46,066 nt of DNA from positions 1 through 46,066 of the IMG/VR virus record IMGVR_UViG_3300049927_000065. One strand, 5' to 3'. Within the stretch, counting starts at the first letter, position 1. Each line of letters starts with the position of its first letter. Shown here in pieces: positions 8,553 to 17,491 of this stretch. Source of the stretch: a virus. The notes below the pieces were generated by a model, which was given only the letters and a program-made list of their open reading frames with translations, was not told where the DNA came from and did not search any database. Made by a program: the position numbers and the translations under genes.

Positions 8553-9509
8553 ATGGCCCCCAATTACGGCGCAAACCCCTACGAAATCGAAATGCTCACT
8601 GTGCAGTACACGTCCAAGCTGGACATGCTGCTGCAACAGATGGTCTCCAAGCTGCGTGGTCTCGTCGACGTCGGTTCGTACACCGGCAAGGCGGCGTCGC
8701 CGGTCAACCAGATCGGTGTTCTGGAATTCAAGCAGCCGGGCAGCCGGTACGGACCCCTGGTCCCCCAAATTCCCCAGGAAACCCGTCGTTGGGTGTTCCC
8801 GAACGATCGCGATATCGCGGTTCTCGTTGACAAGTTCGATGAGCTACGGTCCATCGTCGATCCGAAGCCCGGCATCAGTGGTGCAATCGCCGCCGCCGGC
8901 GGCCGGTATTTCGATGACCTGATCATCAACGCGCTGAACGGCACCGCCTCGACGGGTGTCGACAGCTCGAACTATTCCACGGAGAGCTTCGCCTCGACGG
9001 TTTCGACCTCGGGTGGATACCTCGTCGCGGACACGTTCGGTGCCTCGGGTTCCACGGGCATGACCTATCCGAAGTTCGTCGAGGCCTGGCGGGTCATGCG
9101 ACGCGCCCAGGTCGACCTCGACGCGGAGCGGCCGGTCTGCTTGATCGCGTCCCAGCAGGAGAGCGACCTGAAGAAGCAGCAGGAGGTAATCTCCCGCGAG
9201 TACAGCGATACCGTCGTTGTGCAGAACGGGCGAGTGCCGAGCATCGCCGGCTTCGATCTGGTGGTCACCGAGCGGCTGAACTCCAGTTCGTCCACCACGT
9301 TGCGGAACTGTCTGGCGTTCGTGCGCTCGGGCATCCACCTCGGGTTGTGGCAGGACATGATGATCAAGATCGACAACCGGGTCGATCTGACCAGCCAGCC
9401 GTGGCAGATTTACGCCATGCTGTCGGCAGGCGCGACCCGAACCCAGTTGTTCAAGGTCGTCCAGATCAACTGTGCCGATACCACCGGGTTCGATCCGACC
9501 GCCCCGTAA
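8553..9509 (+). CDS. Major capsid protein, T7 gp10-like
   Basis: 318 aa. By eye it is collinear with T7 gp10: SYTGKAASPVNQIG matches ISSGKSAQFPVLG, and the C-terminal QIYAMLSAGATR matches AKYAMGHGGLR. A strong hairpin follows the gene. Confidence 0.85.
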   Translation: MAPNYGANPYEIEMLTVQYTSKLDMLLQQMVSKLRGLVDVGSYTGKAASPVNQIGVLEFKQPGSRYGPLVPQIPQETRRWVFPNDRDIAVLVDKFDELRSIVDPKPGISGAIAAAGGRYFDDLIINALNGTASTGVDSSNYSTESFASTVSTSGGYLVADTFGASGSTGMTYPKFVEAWRVMRRAQVDLDAERPVCLIASQQESDLKKQQEVISREYSDTVVVQNGRVPSIAGFDLVVTERLNSSSSTTLRNCLAFVRSGIHLGLWQDMMIKIDNRVDLTSQPWQIYAMLSAGATRTQLFKVVQINCADTTGFDPTAP

Positions 9510-9516
9510 TCGAGTA

Positions 9517-9542
9517 GGAGCGCCTTCGGGCGCTCCGCTCTT
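9517..9542 (+). terminator. Hairpin / partial intrinsic terminator after the capsid gene
   Basis: GGAGCGCC-TTCG-GGCGCTCC: an 8-bp GC stem with a UUCG loop, followed by GCTCTT, a weak U tract. Confidence 0.55.
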
Positions 9543-9553
9543 GAGGAACTGCA

Positions 9554-10105
9554 ATGACTGTTCAAGCAAATCTTCTCTCCCCGGCGATTACGAGCCTCAA
9601 CGCTACCCCTCCTGTCCGCACGTCGGCTGGGTTCGGTGGCGCTGGCGTTCTTCGTTCGGTCGTTGGCTCGGTCGCCGCCCTGACGGACACCTACACCGCG
9701 GGGGGCATCCTTCGTATGGTGCGGGTGCCCTCGAACGCGATGATCCAGGAAGTTTATTGGGGCGTCGCAGCGAGCACCACCACGTTCGATTGTGACATCG
9801 GGGTCTACTACAGCAACGGCACCGATGGCACCTCGCCGGCAAATGTCGCCGCGGCGAATACCACGATCAGCGCGGCGTTGTTCGGCTCTGCGGTGGACAT
9901 GCACACCGCCAGCACGACCGGGTGGAAATCGGCCACCTTTGAGGCGGGCACGTTTCTCCCCGCGGCGTGCATCTTGCCCTTGTGGAAGGCGGCCGGGCTG
10001 TCGTTCGATCCGGGCGGGTTCCTCGACATCTGCTTCACCAACACGTCGACCACCAGCGGCGCCCCCGTGCCGTCGTGCCGGGTCGATTACGTCATGCCGG
10101 TATAA
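9554..10105 (+). CDS. Hypothetical virion protein (183 aa)
   Basis: ATG preceded by GAGGAA. Ser/Thr/Gly-rich and beta-rich in character. Sits between capsid and adaptor genes. Confidence 0.6.
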   Translation: MTVQANLLSPAITSLNATPPVRTSAGFGGAGVLRSVVGSVAALTDTYTAGGILRMVRVPSNAMIQEVYWGVAASTTTFDCDIGVYYSNGTDGTSPANVAAANTTISAALFGSAVDMHTASTTGWKSATFEAGTFLPAACILPLWKAAGLSFDPGGFLDICFTNTSTTSGAPVPSCRVDYVMPV

Positions 10106-10114
10106 GGAACGAAC

Positions 10115-10786
10115 ATGTTCAGCCTCCTTCCCGCAAATTTCGTCCCGCTCGCGGGGCAAGTTCGGAACCCAACGGTCGAGAGCAATTCGGACGGCACGAA
10201 TGCCGTGATGTCGCTGTCGCGCGAAGGCGCGCAGCACGTCCAGCAAATCCACGGTCAGTGGTATGCCGCCGCTCGCCGGGGGAACCTGTTTATCGCCTCG
10301 ACGTTGGCGGCCGGCGTGACGCTCCCGGTGGAAGACACTACCCAGCTTGCGTCGACCGCGGGCATCGTCAACCCGATCACCTCCGGTGTCATTCTGGAGC
10401 TGGTTGGGCTTATGATCAGCAACACCACGATCGACGTGGCGGTGAAGCCGAATGTCGTCTGCTTCCAGAAAAACCTGTCAACCTCCGGTGGCCCGCCGAC
10501 TTCGGTTACGGCCCTGACGGCGCATTCGCAGCCCCTCAGCCTCGGCGCCACGACTGCGAAGTGTGTGGCCCATTCGGTCGCGACCTTCACGAACTCGGTC
10601 GAAATGACCCCGCGTCTCAATCTCATCCCCAGCATTTCGACCGCCGTTGGCACGGGTTCGGCGGCGTGGTTCCAGTTCAACGGCGAAGTGACGATGGGGC
10701 CAGATACCGCGATGGCGATCGTCAACAGCGTGACGGCCATCGCTGGGCACCAGCTCACCTACATCTGGGCCGAGTGGCCGGTCTAA
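10115..10786 (+). CDS. Hypothetical virion protein (223 aa)
   Basis: AAGGAACGAAC-ATG. Located in the structural operon. Confidence 0.6.
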   Translation: MFSLLPANFVPLAGQVRNPTVESNSDGTNAVMSLSREGAQHVQQIHGQWYAAARRGNLFIASTLAAGVTLPVEDTTQLASTAGIVNPITSGVILELVGLMISNTTIDVAVKPNVVCFQKNLSTSGGPPTSVTALTAHSQPLSLGATTAKCVAHSVATFTNSVEMTPRLNLIPSISTAVGTGSAAWFQFNGEVTMGPDTAMAIVNSVTAIAGHQLTYIWAEWPV

Positions 10787-10797
10787 GGGGGTAACCG

Positions 10798-11064
10798 ATG
10801 GCTTCCGTATTCTTCATTTCCTCGACGAGCAGCGGCGCGGGCGACACGCGGTCAAAAGACCCGGATCACGTCTCCACCGACGCCTCGTTTACCGCTGCAA
10901 CCGTGTCTCCCCAGGCGGGGGACGTGTTCGAGCTTCGCATCGGCAACGCTACGACCGTCCCGACGCAGCGCCAGACGCTCGCCTTTATGGAGCTTGTCGA
11001 GCGGTGGATCATGCAGAACGGCCTAAACGGGTTGGGGGCAAATCTGCCGCCACTCCGGGGCTAG
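10798..11064 (+). CDS. Hypothetical protein (88 aa)
   Basis: GGGGGTAACCG-ATG. Located in the structural operon. Confidence 0.55.
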   Translation: MASVFFISSTSSGAGDTRSKDPDHVSTDASFTAATVSPQAGDVFELRIGNATTVPTQRQTLAFMELVERWIMQNGLNGLGANLPPLRG

Positions 11065-11070
11065 ACCGAA

Positions 11071-11367
11071 ATGACCGCGCCTGTGCCGATTGGCGTCACC
11101 GCGTCTTTTAACGCGGTTGGCAAGAACGTCGCGACCGGGAACTTCTCTTTCTCGGAAGCTGGCATCGCGACGATCACGTTTCAGCCGGTAGACGTGAATA
11201 ACCCAGGCGTCGCCACGCTCTACGACAGCACCAATAATGTCATCCAGACGATAAGCGCCGAAGGGTACGAGACCTTTCAGCTCCCGCTCGGCGGCGGCAC
11301 GTACTATTTCAAGGCCACGCTTGGCGCGAACATCCTGGCGGCGACCCTTCCGAGCATAGGGAGATAA
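11071..11367 (+). CDS. Hypothetical small beta-sandwich-like protein (98 aa)
   Basis: Ends in ...GGGTYYFKA..., a PPC/Ig-like signature. Likely a paralogue of the next ORF. Confidence 0.55.
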   Translation: MTAPVPIGVTASFNAVGKNVATGNFSFSEAGIATITFQPVDVNNPGVATLYDSTNNVIQTISAEGYETFQLPLGGGTYYFKATLGANILAATLPSIGR

Positions 11368-11368
11368 C

Positions 11369-11677
11369 ATGACCATCGCGCCTGTTGATTTCAGCGGCGA
11401 CGGCTTCGGCGCGACTGGCGCGACGAATAACGATGTTGTCGGCCCGTACTATCTCCTCGGGGGCAGGTATGCCCTCATCGGCTATTCCAGCGGCACCTAT
11501 AGCGTGCAGCTCGCGGCGCTGACCTTGGACAGCACCAACTACATGAACCTCACCGCCGCGGCCTCCACCGCCTTCGCAACCTTCGATTTGCCCCCAGGGT
11601 CATACAAGATTACCTGTGGTGCCTCCATGACAACCGGCAATGTCGCGCTCGTCCGCGTTCCGTACCGTGCCGCCTAA
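11369..11677 (+). CDS. Hypothetical small beta-sandwich-like protein (102 aa)
   Basis: GGGAGATAAC-ATG. Carries the ...PPGSYKITC... signature. Confidence 0.55.
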   Translation: MTIAPVDFSGDGFGATGATNNDVVGPYYLLGGRYALIGYSSGTYSVQLAALTLDSTNYMNLTAAASTAFATFDLPPGSYKITCGASMTTGNVALVRVPYRAA

Positions 11678-12712
11678 ATGGTCAGCGTTTCCCCGTTCCT
11701 CATCAAAGAGGATATAGGCAACCGCGCGCTGCAACACCTCGGCGCGAAGCGGATAACTACGTTCGCGGACACTACCAAGAACGCGGCCGAGATAGCATTC
11801 TGCTATGACAAGCTTCGGGTGGCCGAACTGCGTCGCAGCCCGTGGCGCTTCGCCAGCCGCCGCACCAACCTTCGCGTGGTCACCGCGACTTCCTACCGTT
11901 TCATTCCTGGGGTGTGGGCAGTCGGGACCACCTATGCCGCCGGCAACGTCGTGATGGATGCAACCGGCGTCTACTGGATCAGTCTCGCCGCGACGAACCT
12001 TGCCAACACGCCAGGCGCGGCGCCGACCGCCGGTTATCCTGCATTTTGGTCACAGTATTTTGGCCCGACCGTCGCGGACGTTTGGTCGAACGCGGTCATC
12101 TATGACGCGGGGGAAATCGTTTATAAGACCGGGAGCCCGCGCGTCTATTACATTTGCACCACCAACGCCACGGTGGCCGCGACGGACCCGGCCAGCGGCG
12201 CTCCGTGGGTGCCTATTGGCACGGTGACCGCCGACCGGATCATCACGTTCTTGCAGCCTTCCGGCGTCGGCAAGACGGTCAACGGCCGCGCCCGCAACCT
12301 GTTTCATTTGCCGAACGGCTATCTCCGCATGCTCGCCCCGGACCCGATGGTGGAGAGCACCGGCCAGTTGAATACTTCGGCGGGCATTCCTCAGACCGAC
12401 TACCAGTTTGAGGGGAACTATATCATCACGTCCGCCGCCGGCCCTTTGCTGCTGCGCTACGTTGCCGACGTGTCCAATGTCCTTGAAATGGACGGATTGT
12501 TTTGCGAGGGGCTTGGCTGCCGGATCGCCTACGAGCTGGCCGAGACCCTGACGCAGAACAAGGACAAGATCGCGGCGGCCTCGACCGCCTACACCGCGTT
12601 CATGGCTGACGCCCGCCTCGTCAACTGGATCGAGACGGGTAACAGCGAGCCCCAAGAAGACGCCTGGGAAGCGTCGCAGACGCCGGCACGCGCAGCCCCC
12701 GCGGGGAGGTAA
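11678..12712 (+). CDS. Adaptor / tail tubular protein A (T7 gp11-like), paralogue 1
   Basis: The N-terminus IGNRALQHLGAKRI...DTTKNAAEIAFCYDKLRVAELRRSPWRFA follows the gp11 pattern (N..L..IG...V......A.......L......W.F). It sits just before the nozzle gene. Confidence 0.65.
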   Translation: MVSVSPFLIKEDIGNRALQHLGAKRITTFADTTKNAAEIAFCYDKLRVAELRRSPWRFASRRTNLRVVTATSYRFIPGVWAVGTTYAAGNVVMDATGVYWISLAATNLANTPGAAPTAGYPAFWSQYFGPTVADVWSNAVIYDAGEIVYKTGSPRVYYICTTNATVAATDPASGAPWVPIGTVTADRIITFLQPSGVGKTVNGRARNLFHLPNGYLRMLAPDPMVESTGQLNTSAGIPQTDYQFEGNYIITSAAGPLLLRYVADVSNVLEMDGLFCEGLGCRIAYELAETLTQNKDKIAAASTAYTAFMADARLVNWIETGNSEPQEDAWEASQTPARAAPAGR

Positions 12713-12715
12713 ACT

Positions 12716-14074
12716 GTGTCGTATCAAATCGCGCTCGACATAGTGAACCGCGCTATCCAGCATTTGATTGGGGTCAACCGGATATACGACCTCGGCGATA
12801 CCACGCCGGTGGCCCGCGAAATCTCCTTCTGCTATGACAAGATCAGGGCCGCGGAGTTGCGTCGCGCCGCATGGAAATTTGCTATACGGCGCGTAGTCCT
12901 GCGGCCTGTCACCACGGCCACGGTCCTGTGGACGCCCGCCGCCTGGGCCGCGACCACGACATACGCCGCGGGTGCCGTTGTGAGCTACACCCCGGCATCG
13001 CTCAACGTGGCCGAGAAAGGGGCCAACCCGGTCCCCTATCTGTGGTATTGCGGTGTGCCGATCGCCGGCCTGGCGGCCAATGACCCGCCGGATATCTCGA
13101 CGGTATGGCATCGCTACTTCGGCCCGGTCACTTGCGAGCCATTCGTGTCGGCGGACAGCCCGCCGCTCGCGCCCACGCTTGGATCATCCGTGGCGGGGGC
13201 GCTCACGGGATCGACGATCTTCGTCAAGGTGGTTTATGTCACGACCACCGGGGAGACGCTGCCGAGCGGCGAGAGCAGCCTGGCGGTTGCCACGAACAGC
13301 GTGCTGGTTGTCACGTCCCCGGTCGCGCAGACCAACGCCACGGCGTATCACGTCTTTGCCGGGCTCACGGCGGGCGAGGAAACCCTCCAGACCGGCACCG
13401 CGGCGATCACCTTGGGGACCGACTGGACTGAGCCAACGACAGGGCTCGTCATCGGCCGCGGACTGCCCCTCGCCGTCACGGGGGCCAATCTCCCCGGTTT
13501 CTGGTCACAAGAGATTACGCTCCGGGGGACCGCGATCTACACCTCACTATATTCGAGCAACGTCGATGCTCCCCCGTCTGGCAAGTGGCTCGCGCAAGGT
13601 GGCACCGCTGCACCGCTCAACATTCTCTATCCGATCGGTGCGGGGCCGAGCGCTCAGGCGGGCACGCGCAATGTGTTCCGGCTGCCCCACGGCTTCCTGC
13701 GGAAGGCACCCACCGATCCGGCGGCGGACACAAGCGAGTATGATGGTGTTCCCTCTGGCATAGCTGACGAAGATTGGGTGTTCGAGGGCAACTATCTCAT
13801 CAGCCGGGTGACCGGGCCGCTGCTCGTCCGCTTTGTGTCGGAAATGGTCGACGTGTACGATTTTGACCCTCTGTTCTGTGAAATGGTGGCCGCGCGTATC
13901 GCGACCGAAGTAGCTGGCTGCAATGGGGTGTGCGCCGCCGATGTAGTCAATGCCTCGATGCGTAACGCCAACGCCCACTACCGTTCGGAGCGCAGCCAGG
14001 CATATCAGGCGAACTCGATCCTCGTCGGCCGATCGGCTACTCCAACGAACCGCTACATGCTCGCGAGGCTCTAG
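12716..14074 (+). CDS. Adaptor / tail tubular protein A-like, paralogue 2
   Basis: Shares both N-terminal (NRAIQHL...DTTPVAREISFCYDKIRAAELRRAAWKFA) and C-terminal (FRLPHGFLR...FEGNYLI...PLFCE) blocks with 11678..12712. The central insert differs. Confidence 0.65.
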   Translation: MSYQIALDIVNRAIQHLIGVNRIYDLGDTTPVAREISFCYDKIRAAELRRAAWKFAIRRVVLRPVTTATVLWTPAAWAATTTYAAGAVVSYTPASLNVAEKGANPVPYLWYCGVPIAGLAANDPPDISTVWHRYFGPVTCEPFVSADSPPLAPTLGSSVAGALTGSTIFVKVVYVTTTGETLPSGESSLAVATNSVLVVTSPVAQTNATAYHVFAGLTAGEETLQTGTAAITLGTDWTEPTTGLVIGRGLPLAVTGANLPGFWSQEITLRGTAIYTSLYSSNVDAPPSGKWLAQGGTAAPLNILYPIGAGPSAQAGTRNVFRLPHGFLRKAPTDPAADTSEYDGVPSGIADEDWVFEGNYLISRVTGPLLVRFVSEMVDVYDFDPLFCEMVAARIATEVAGCNGVCAADVVNASMRNANAHYRSERSQAYQANSILVGRSATPTNRYMLARL

Positions 14075-16029
14075 TGGCCCGCGCAGCACATCATCAAAGT
14101 GCGTTCATCGGCGGCGAGTGGAGCCCGCTTGCCCAAGGGCGTAGCGATCTGCCCGCGTACAAGCAAGCGCTGAATGTCTGCCTCAATGGGATGCCGATAG
14201 AAGAAGGTGCATGGACCCGGCGATCCGGTTTTCAGTTCATCGCGCCGACCCGTAATCGGCTCGTCGCTAAACTGCTTCCCTACTTTTTCCCGACCGTCAA
14301 CTTCGCGCTTGAGTTTACCGATCTGTGTCTTCGCATCTTCGCGGGCACCTCGCCGCTGTTCACAGTGAACCACCCAACGGTCAGCGCCTCGTCTTTCGCC
14401 TCGAACTTTCTGACCCTCACTGTTGGGTCTGTAACGGGCCTAGTGATCGGTGATGACTGCATGCTGTGGGCGCCGAGCACGTTGGACTATGCCGCGATCG
14501 GCCCGTTTCGCAACCGGGTGATGCAGATCACCGCGATTTCCGGCACCGATGTCACGCTCGGCGATGAAACTGGCGCGGCGTTCTCGGGGGTATCGAGCAG
14601 CAGCAACGCGCTCGCAACATGTGTGCTTTACCAGATCGTGAGGATCGATACCCCCTGGACCGGCGCGACGGTGCTGAAAAACCTCCGCGGCATACAGGCC
14701 AACACCATTGGGGAAGCCAACAGTATCCTTCTTTCCAGCTCCGCCGCGCCGCAGGAGTTGCAGATCGACGCTGATATCACCTTCGCCCCCGTCTTCTTTG
14801 AAGACGGCCCCTACCTCGATCCGCAACCGGATACCGGCACCGTCAGCGCCTATACCGGCTCAATTACTTTTACGCCGGCAAGCAGCACCTTTTCTGCCAC
14901 CGACGTAGGGCGGGTCATTCGGCTGTACTCCGAACCCGCGGCGTGGGCCTCCGGTACCACCTATGCTTACGGGGCTACTGTCAAGTACCAGAGCCAATTC
15001 TGGCAGTCGATCGCCGCCGGCAGCTACGCCGCGATCAACGTCGGAGTGCCGCCGGGCACTATGGCGACTTCCGGCAGCACGCAGGTCATGGTGTGGGCAC
15101 CGCAACCGCAAGCGGCCTCATGGGCGTGGGGACACATTACGGCGCAGGCCGGCACGTCTTGCACAGTCAATCTTGACCCCGCGCTGACCCTGCCGCTGGA
15201 AAGCACAAACGGAACCACGATTACAAGCTGGCGCCTCGGGCTGTACCGCTCCGGGTTCTATCCGACATGCGGCGCATACCACAAAGGCCGGCTATGGCTG
15301 GGCGGGGCGATCGAAAATCGCTTTGATGCCAGTTCGGCCAATGACCCTACGAATTTCTCGCCGTCTGACGCTTTCGGACTTGTTACGGACGCCGACGCGA
15401 TTTCGGAAACGTTGAACTCTGATGACCAGAACCCGATTTTGTGGATGAAGTCGGACCACCAAGGGCTGTTGATGGGGACCACTTCCGGCGAATGGCTTGT
15501 GTCGGCTTCGACGCTCAATGACCCCTTCACTCCAACGAGCATTTCCGCGGACAAGGTGACGAAGTACGGGTGCGCCTTTGTAGAGCCGGTGAGGGTCGGG
15601 ATGGCACTCGCTTTTGTGCAACGGTACGGTCAACGGCTAATCGAATACCTTGCTGATGCTTTCTCTGGACGCTTCACGGGCCGCCATATTAACGAGTATG
15701 CCAAACACATCACCGCCGCGGGTATTGCCGAACTGGCCTATCAAGAGGAAAAGGTGCCGACGGTATGGGCGCGAATGACAGATGGCGCGCTCGCCGGCTG
15801 CACCTACCGTCGTGTAAGCCGCTTCGTGACCGAAGCCCCGGTCTTTCAGGGGTGGCACCGTCAGGTCATTGGGGGCAGCTACGATGCCGCGATGGTACGG
15901 CCGGTGTCGAGCATGATTGTTCTGCCGAACGACGACGGCTTAAGTGATCTTTTGTTCGTCGCAACCTCGGACACCGCGCTCGCGAACGGCGCGATCGAGG
16001 TTCTGCGTCCCCTTTACGAGGATGCCTGA
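14074..16029 (+). CDS. Tail tubular protein B / nozzle (T7 gp12-like)
   Basis: 651 aa. The N-terminus FIGGEWSPLAQGRSDLPAYKQALNVCLNGMPIEEGAWTRRSG matches the gp12-type GG.S....R.D...Y......N.....G...R.G pattern. Its position after the adaptor fits. Confidence 0.7.
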   Translation: MARAAHHQSAFIGGEWSPLAQGRSDLPAYKQALNVCLNGMPIEEGAWTRRSGFQFIAPTRNRLVAKLLPYFFPTVNFALEFTDLCLRIFAGTSPLFTVNHPTVSASSFASNFLTLTVGSVTGLVIGDDCMLWAPSTLDYAAIGPFRNRVMQITAISGTDVTLGDETGAAFSGVSSSSNALATCVLYQIVRIDTPWTGATVLKNLRGIQANTIGEANSILLSSSAAPQELQIDADITFAPVFFEDGPYLDPQPDTGTVSAYTGSITFTPASSTFSATDVGRVIRLYSEPAAWASGTTYAYGATVKYQSQFWQSIAAGSYAAINVGVPPGTMATSGSTQVMVWAPQPQAASWAWGHITAQAGTSCTVNLDPALTLPLESTNGTTITSWRLGLYRSGFYPTCGAYHKGRLWLGGAIENRFDASSANDPTNFSPSDAFGLVTDADAISETLNSDDQNPILWMKSDHQGLLMGTTSGEWLVSASTLNDPFTPTSISADKVTKYGCAFVEPVRVGMALAFVQRYGQRLIEYLADAFSGRFTGRHINEYAKHITAAGIAELAYQEEKVPTVWARMTDGALAGCTYRRVSRFVTEAPVFQGWHRQVIGGSYDAAMVRPVSSMIVLPNDDGLSDLLFVATSDTALANGAIEVLRPLYEDA

Positions 16030-16814
16030 TGACCCTCAGCCTGAACAAGGCTTGGTTTGCCGACCGCTCGCCGGGGCGTGGTCTTATCACGACGGCCACC
16101 AACCTCGCCCCGGCGGCGCCGTTGACCCGCGGCAAGTTCTATTTCGAGGTGCAATTCACGCTGGCTGGGGGCTTGTCCAGTCTGCTTGTCGGCGTGGCCG
16201 GAGCGACCTTTTCCCTCACCGATAGTATCGACGTCGCGGTCAACGGCACGAATGTCACCCAGGCCCAATGCGCGGTTCTCTCAGGCGCGGCCGTTGGGGG
16301 AACCTGTTCCGGGTGGGGGTATCCCAATCGGTTCAGCGGCACGCCCAACATCTCCTTTGCGAATTTCGGGGATTGGTTTGGAGTGGCGGTCGACACGATC
16401 AACGGGCTGCTGTGGATGCGGAACGCGACCGCGGCGGCTACGTCATGGACCGGCGACGGCACGGGTGGAACGCCCAACCCGGCAACGGCGGTCAAGGGTT
16501 TTGACATCAGCACGCAGATCACCGGCAATATTTATATCACCGCTGGCACCAACAAGAATTGGTTCGATGGCGACACGACGCACAGCACTGTAACGCTGAA
16601 CGCCGGCCACACGGCCTTCGCGGCCACTCCGCCTGCCGGTTTTTCGCCGTGGGATACGACGGCCACGACGGTATTCAACTCCGCTGACAAGGACAGCCGG
16701 ATCACCTTATCAGGCGCCAATTTGATCGCGGATACGAACATGCCTTCGCCTTTCAGCACGCCGCCGTTCTCCCATAACGCGATGGTCCGCAGCAACACTT
16801 CTAGGAGCCGCTGA
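16029..16814 (+). CDS. SPRY (B30.2-like) domain protein
   Basis: GKFYFEVQF, GDWFGVAVDTINGLLW and VTLNAGHTAFAATPPAGFSPW are the three hallmark SPRY blocks. Both gene borders are TGATG overlaps. Confidence 0.7.
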   Translation: MTLSLNKAWFADRSPGRGLITTATNLAPAAPLTRGKFYFEVQFTLAGGLSSLLVGVAGATFSLTDSIDVAVNGTNVTQAQCAVLSGAAVGGTCSGWGYPNRFSGTPNISFANFGDWFGVAVDTINGLLWMRNATAAATSWTGDGTGGTPNPATAVKGFDISTQITGNIYITAGTNKNWFDGDTTHSTVTLNAGHTAFAATPPAGFSPWDTTATTVFNSADKDSRITLSGANLIADTNMPSPFSTPPFSHNAMVRSNTSRSR

Positions 16815-17491
16815 TGGCGGCCTTCGGCATGATCGGCAAAGGCGGCGGCGCCGTCGCCAATGTGGATAAGAACCTACAGATTTGGGGGCTGTACCACCTT
16901 ATCGGACAGACGGTATCGGTCTTTCTGCTCGGGCTCGACCTTGGGGACTTCACGGTCGCCACGGACGGGTCGATCACGGTTTCCCTTGTTACGACGGGCA
17001 GTCAAACCGCGGCGTGGAGCGCGGCGCAGCTCATTGCCGCCGATGGTGACTACGGCGAGAGCACTACCCCTATTTCGGTCAAGAACGGCGGGGCCGCGGT
17101 GCAAGTATCAGTGCCGATTGTCGTCGGTTCGCCTTTCGTGTCGCAAGGCCAGCGGCTTCGCGCAATCGCTCCCGATGATACGAAGACGCAATCGGGGCCG
17201 GCGCTTGGGCTCGGACGGCGGGGCAATCAATTCGCCGTTCTGATACAGAACACCGTCCGGGCGAGTTTCGGCACGTCTCTAACTCCCTCGCCGGAAGGCG
17301 CGATGTTGCCGACGACGTTCACTGATGCGGGGGGTACGCCCATCGCAGCGGGGGCAGCTTTTAGCGGAGTGTATTGGGATACGTTGACGGATGACTACAG
17401 TTTTGATAGCATGTTCTGTTGGCAGATCAACCGTCCGTACCCTTGCACGATCGTGTCGACAACCTCCTTTATCGAGATCGAAGAACGCTGA
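16814..17491 (+). CDS. Tail structural protein, possibly the C-terminal module of the nozzle
   Basis: 225 aa. GLYHLIGQTVSVFLLGLDLGDFTVATDGSITV recalls the ...GL.HL.G..V.V..DG......V..G.I.. block that I recall inside long podoviral nozzle proteins. Both borders are TGATG-coupled. Confidence 0.5.
   Translation: MAAFGMIGKGGGAVANVDKNLQIWGLYHLIGQTVSVFLLGLDLGDFTVATDGSITVSLVTTGSQTAAWSAAQLIAADGDYGESTTPISVKNGGAAVQVSVPIVVGSPFVSQGQRLRAIAPDDTKTQSGPALGLGRRGNQFAVLIQNTVRASFGTSLTPSPEGAMLPTTFTDAGGTPIAAGAAFSGVYWDTLTDDYSFDSMFCWQINRPYPCTIVSTTSFIEIEER

Noticed and set aside
9484-9500. A tRNA-like T-loop string GGGTTCGATCC at 9486-9496, and GGTTCGATCC at 20746-20755.
   Set aside because: Both lie inside well-supported coding regions. 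The flanks do not form T-arm or acceptor stems. I found no convincing tRNA anywhere in the window.
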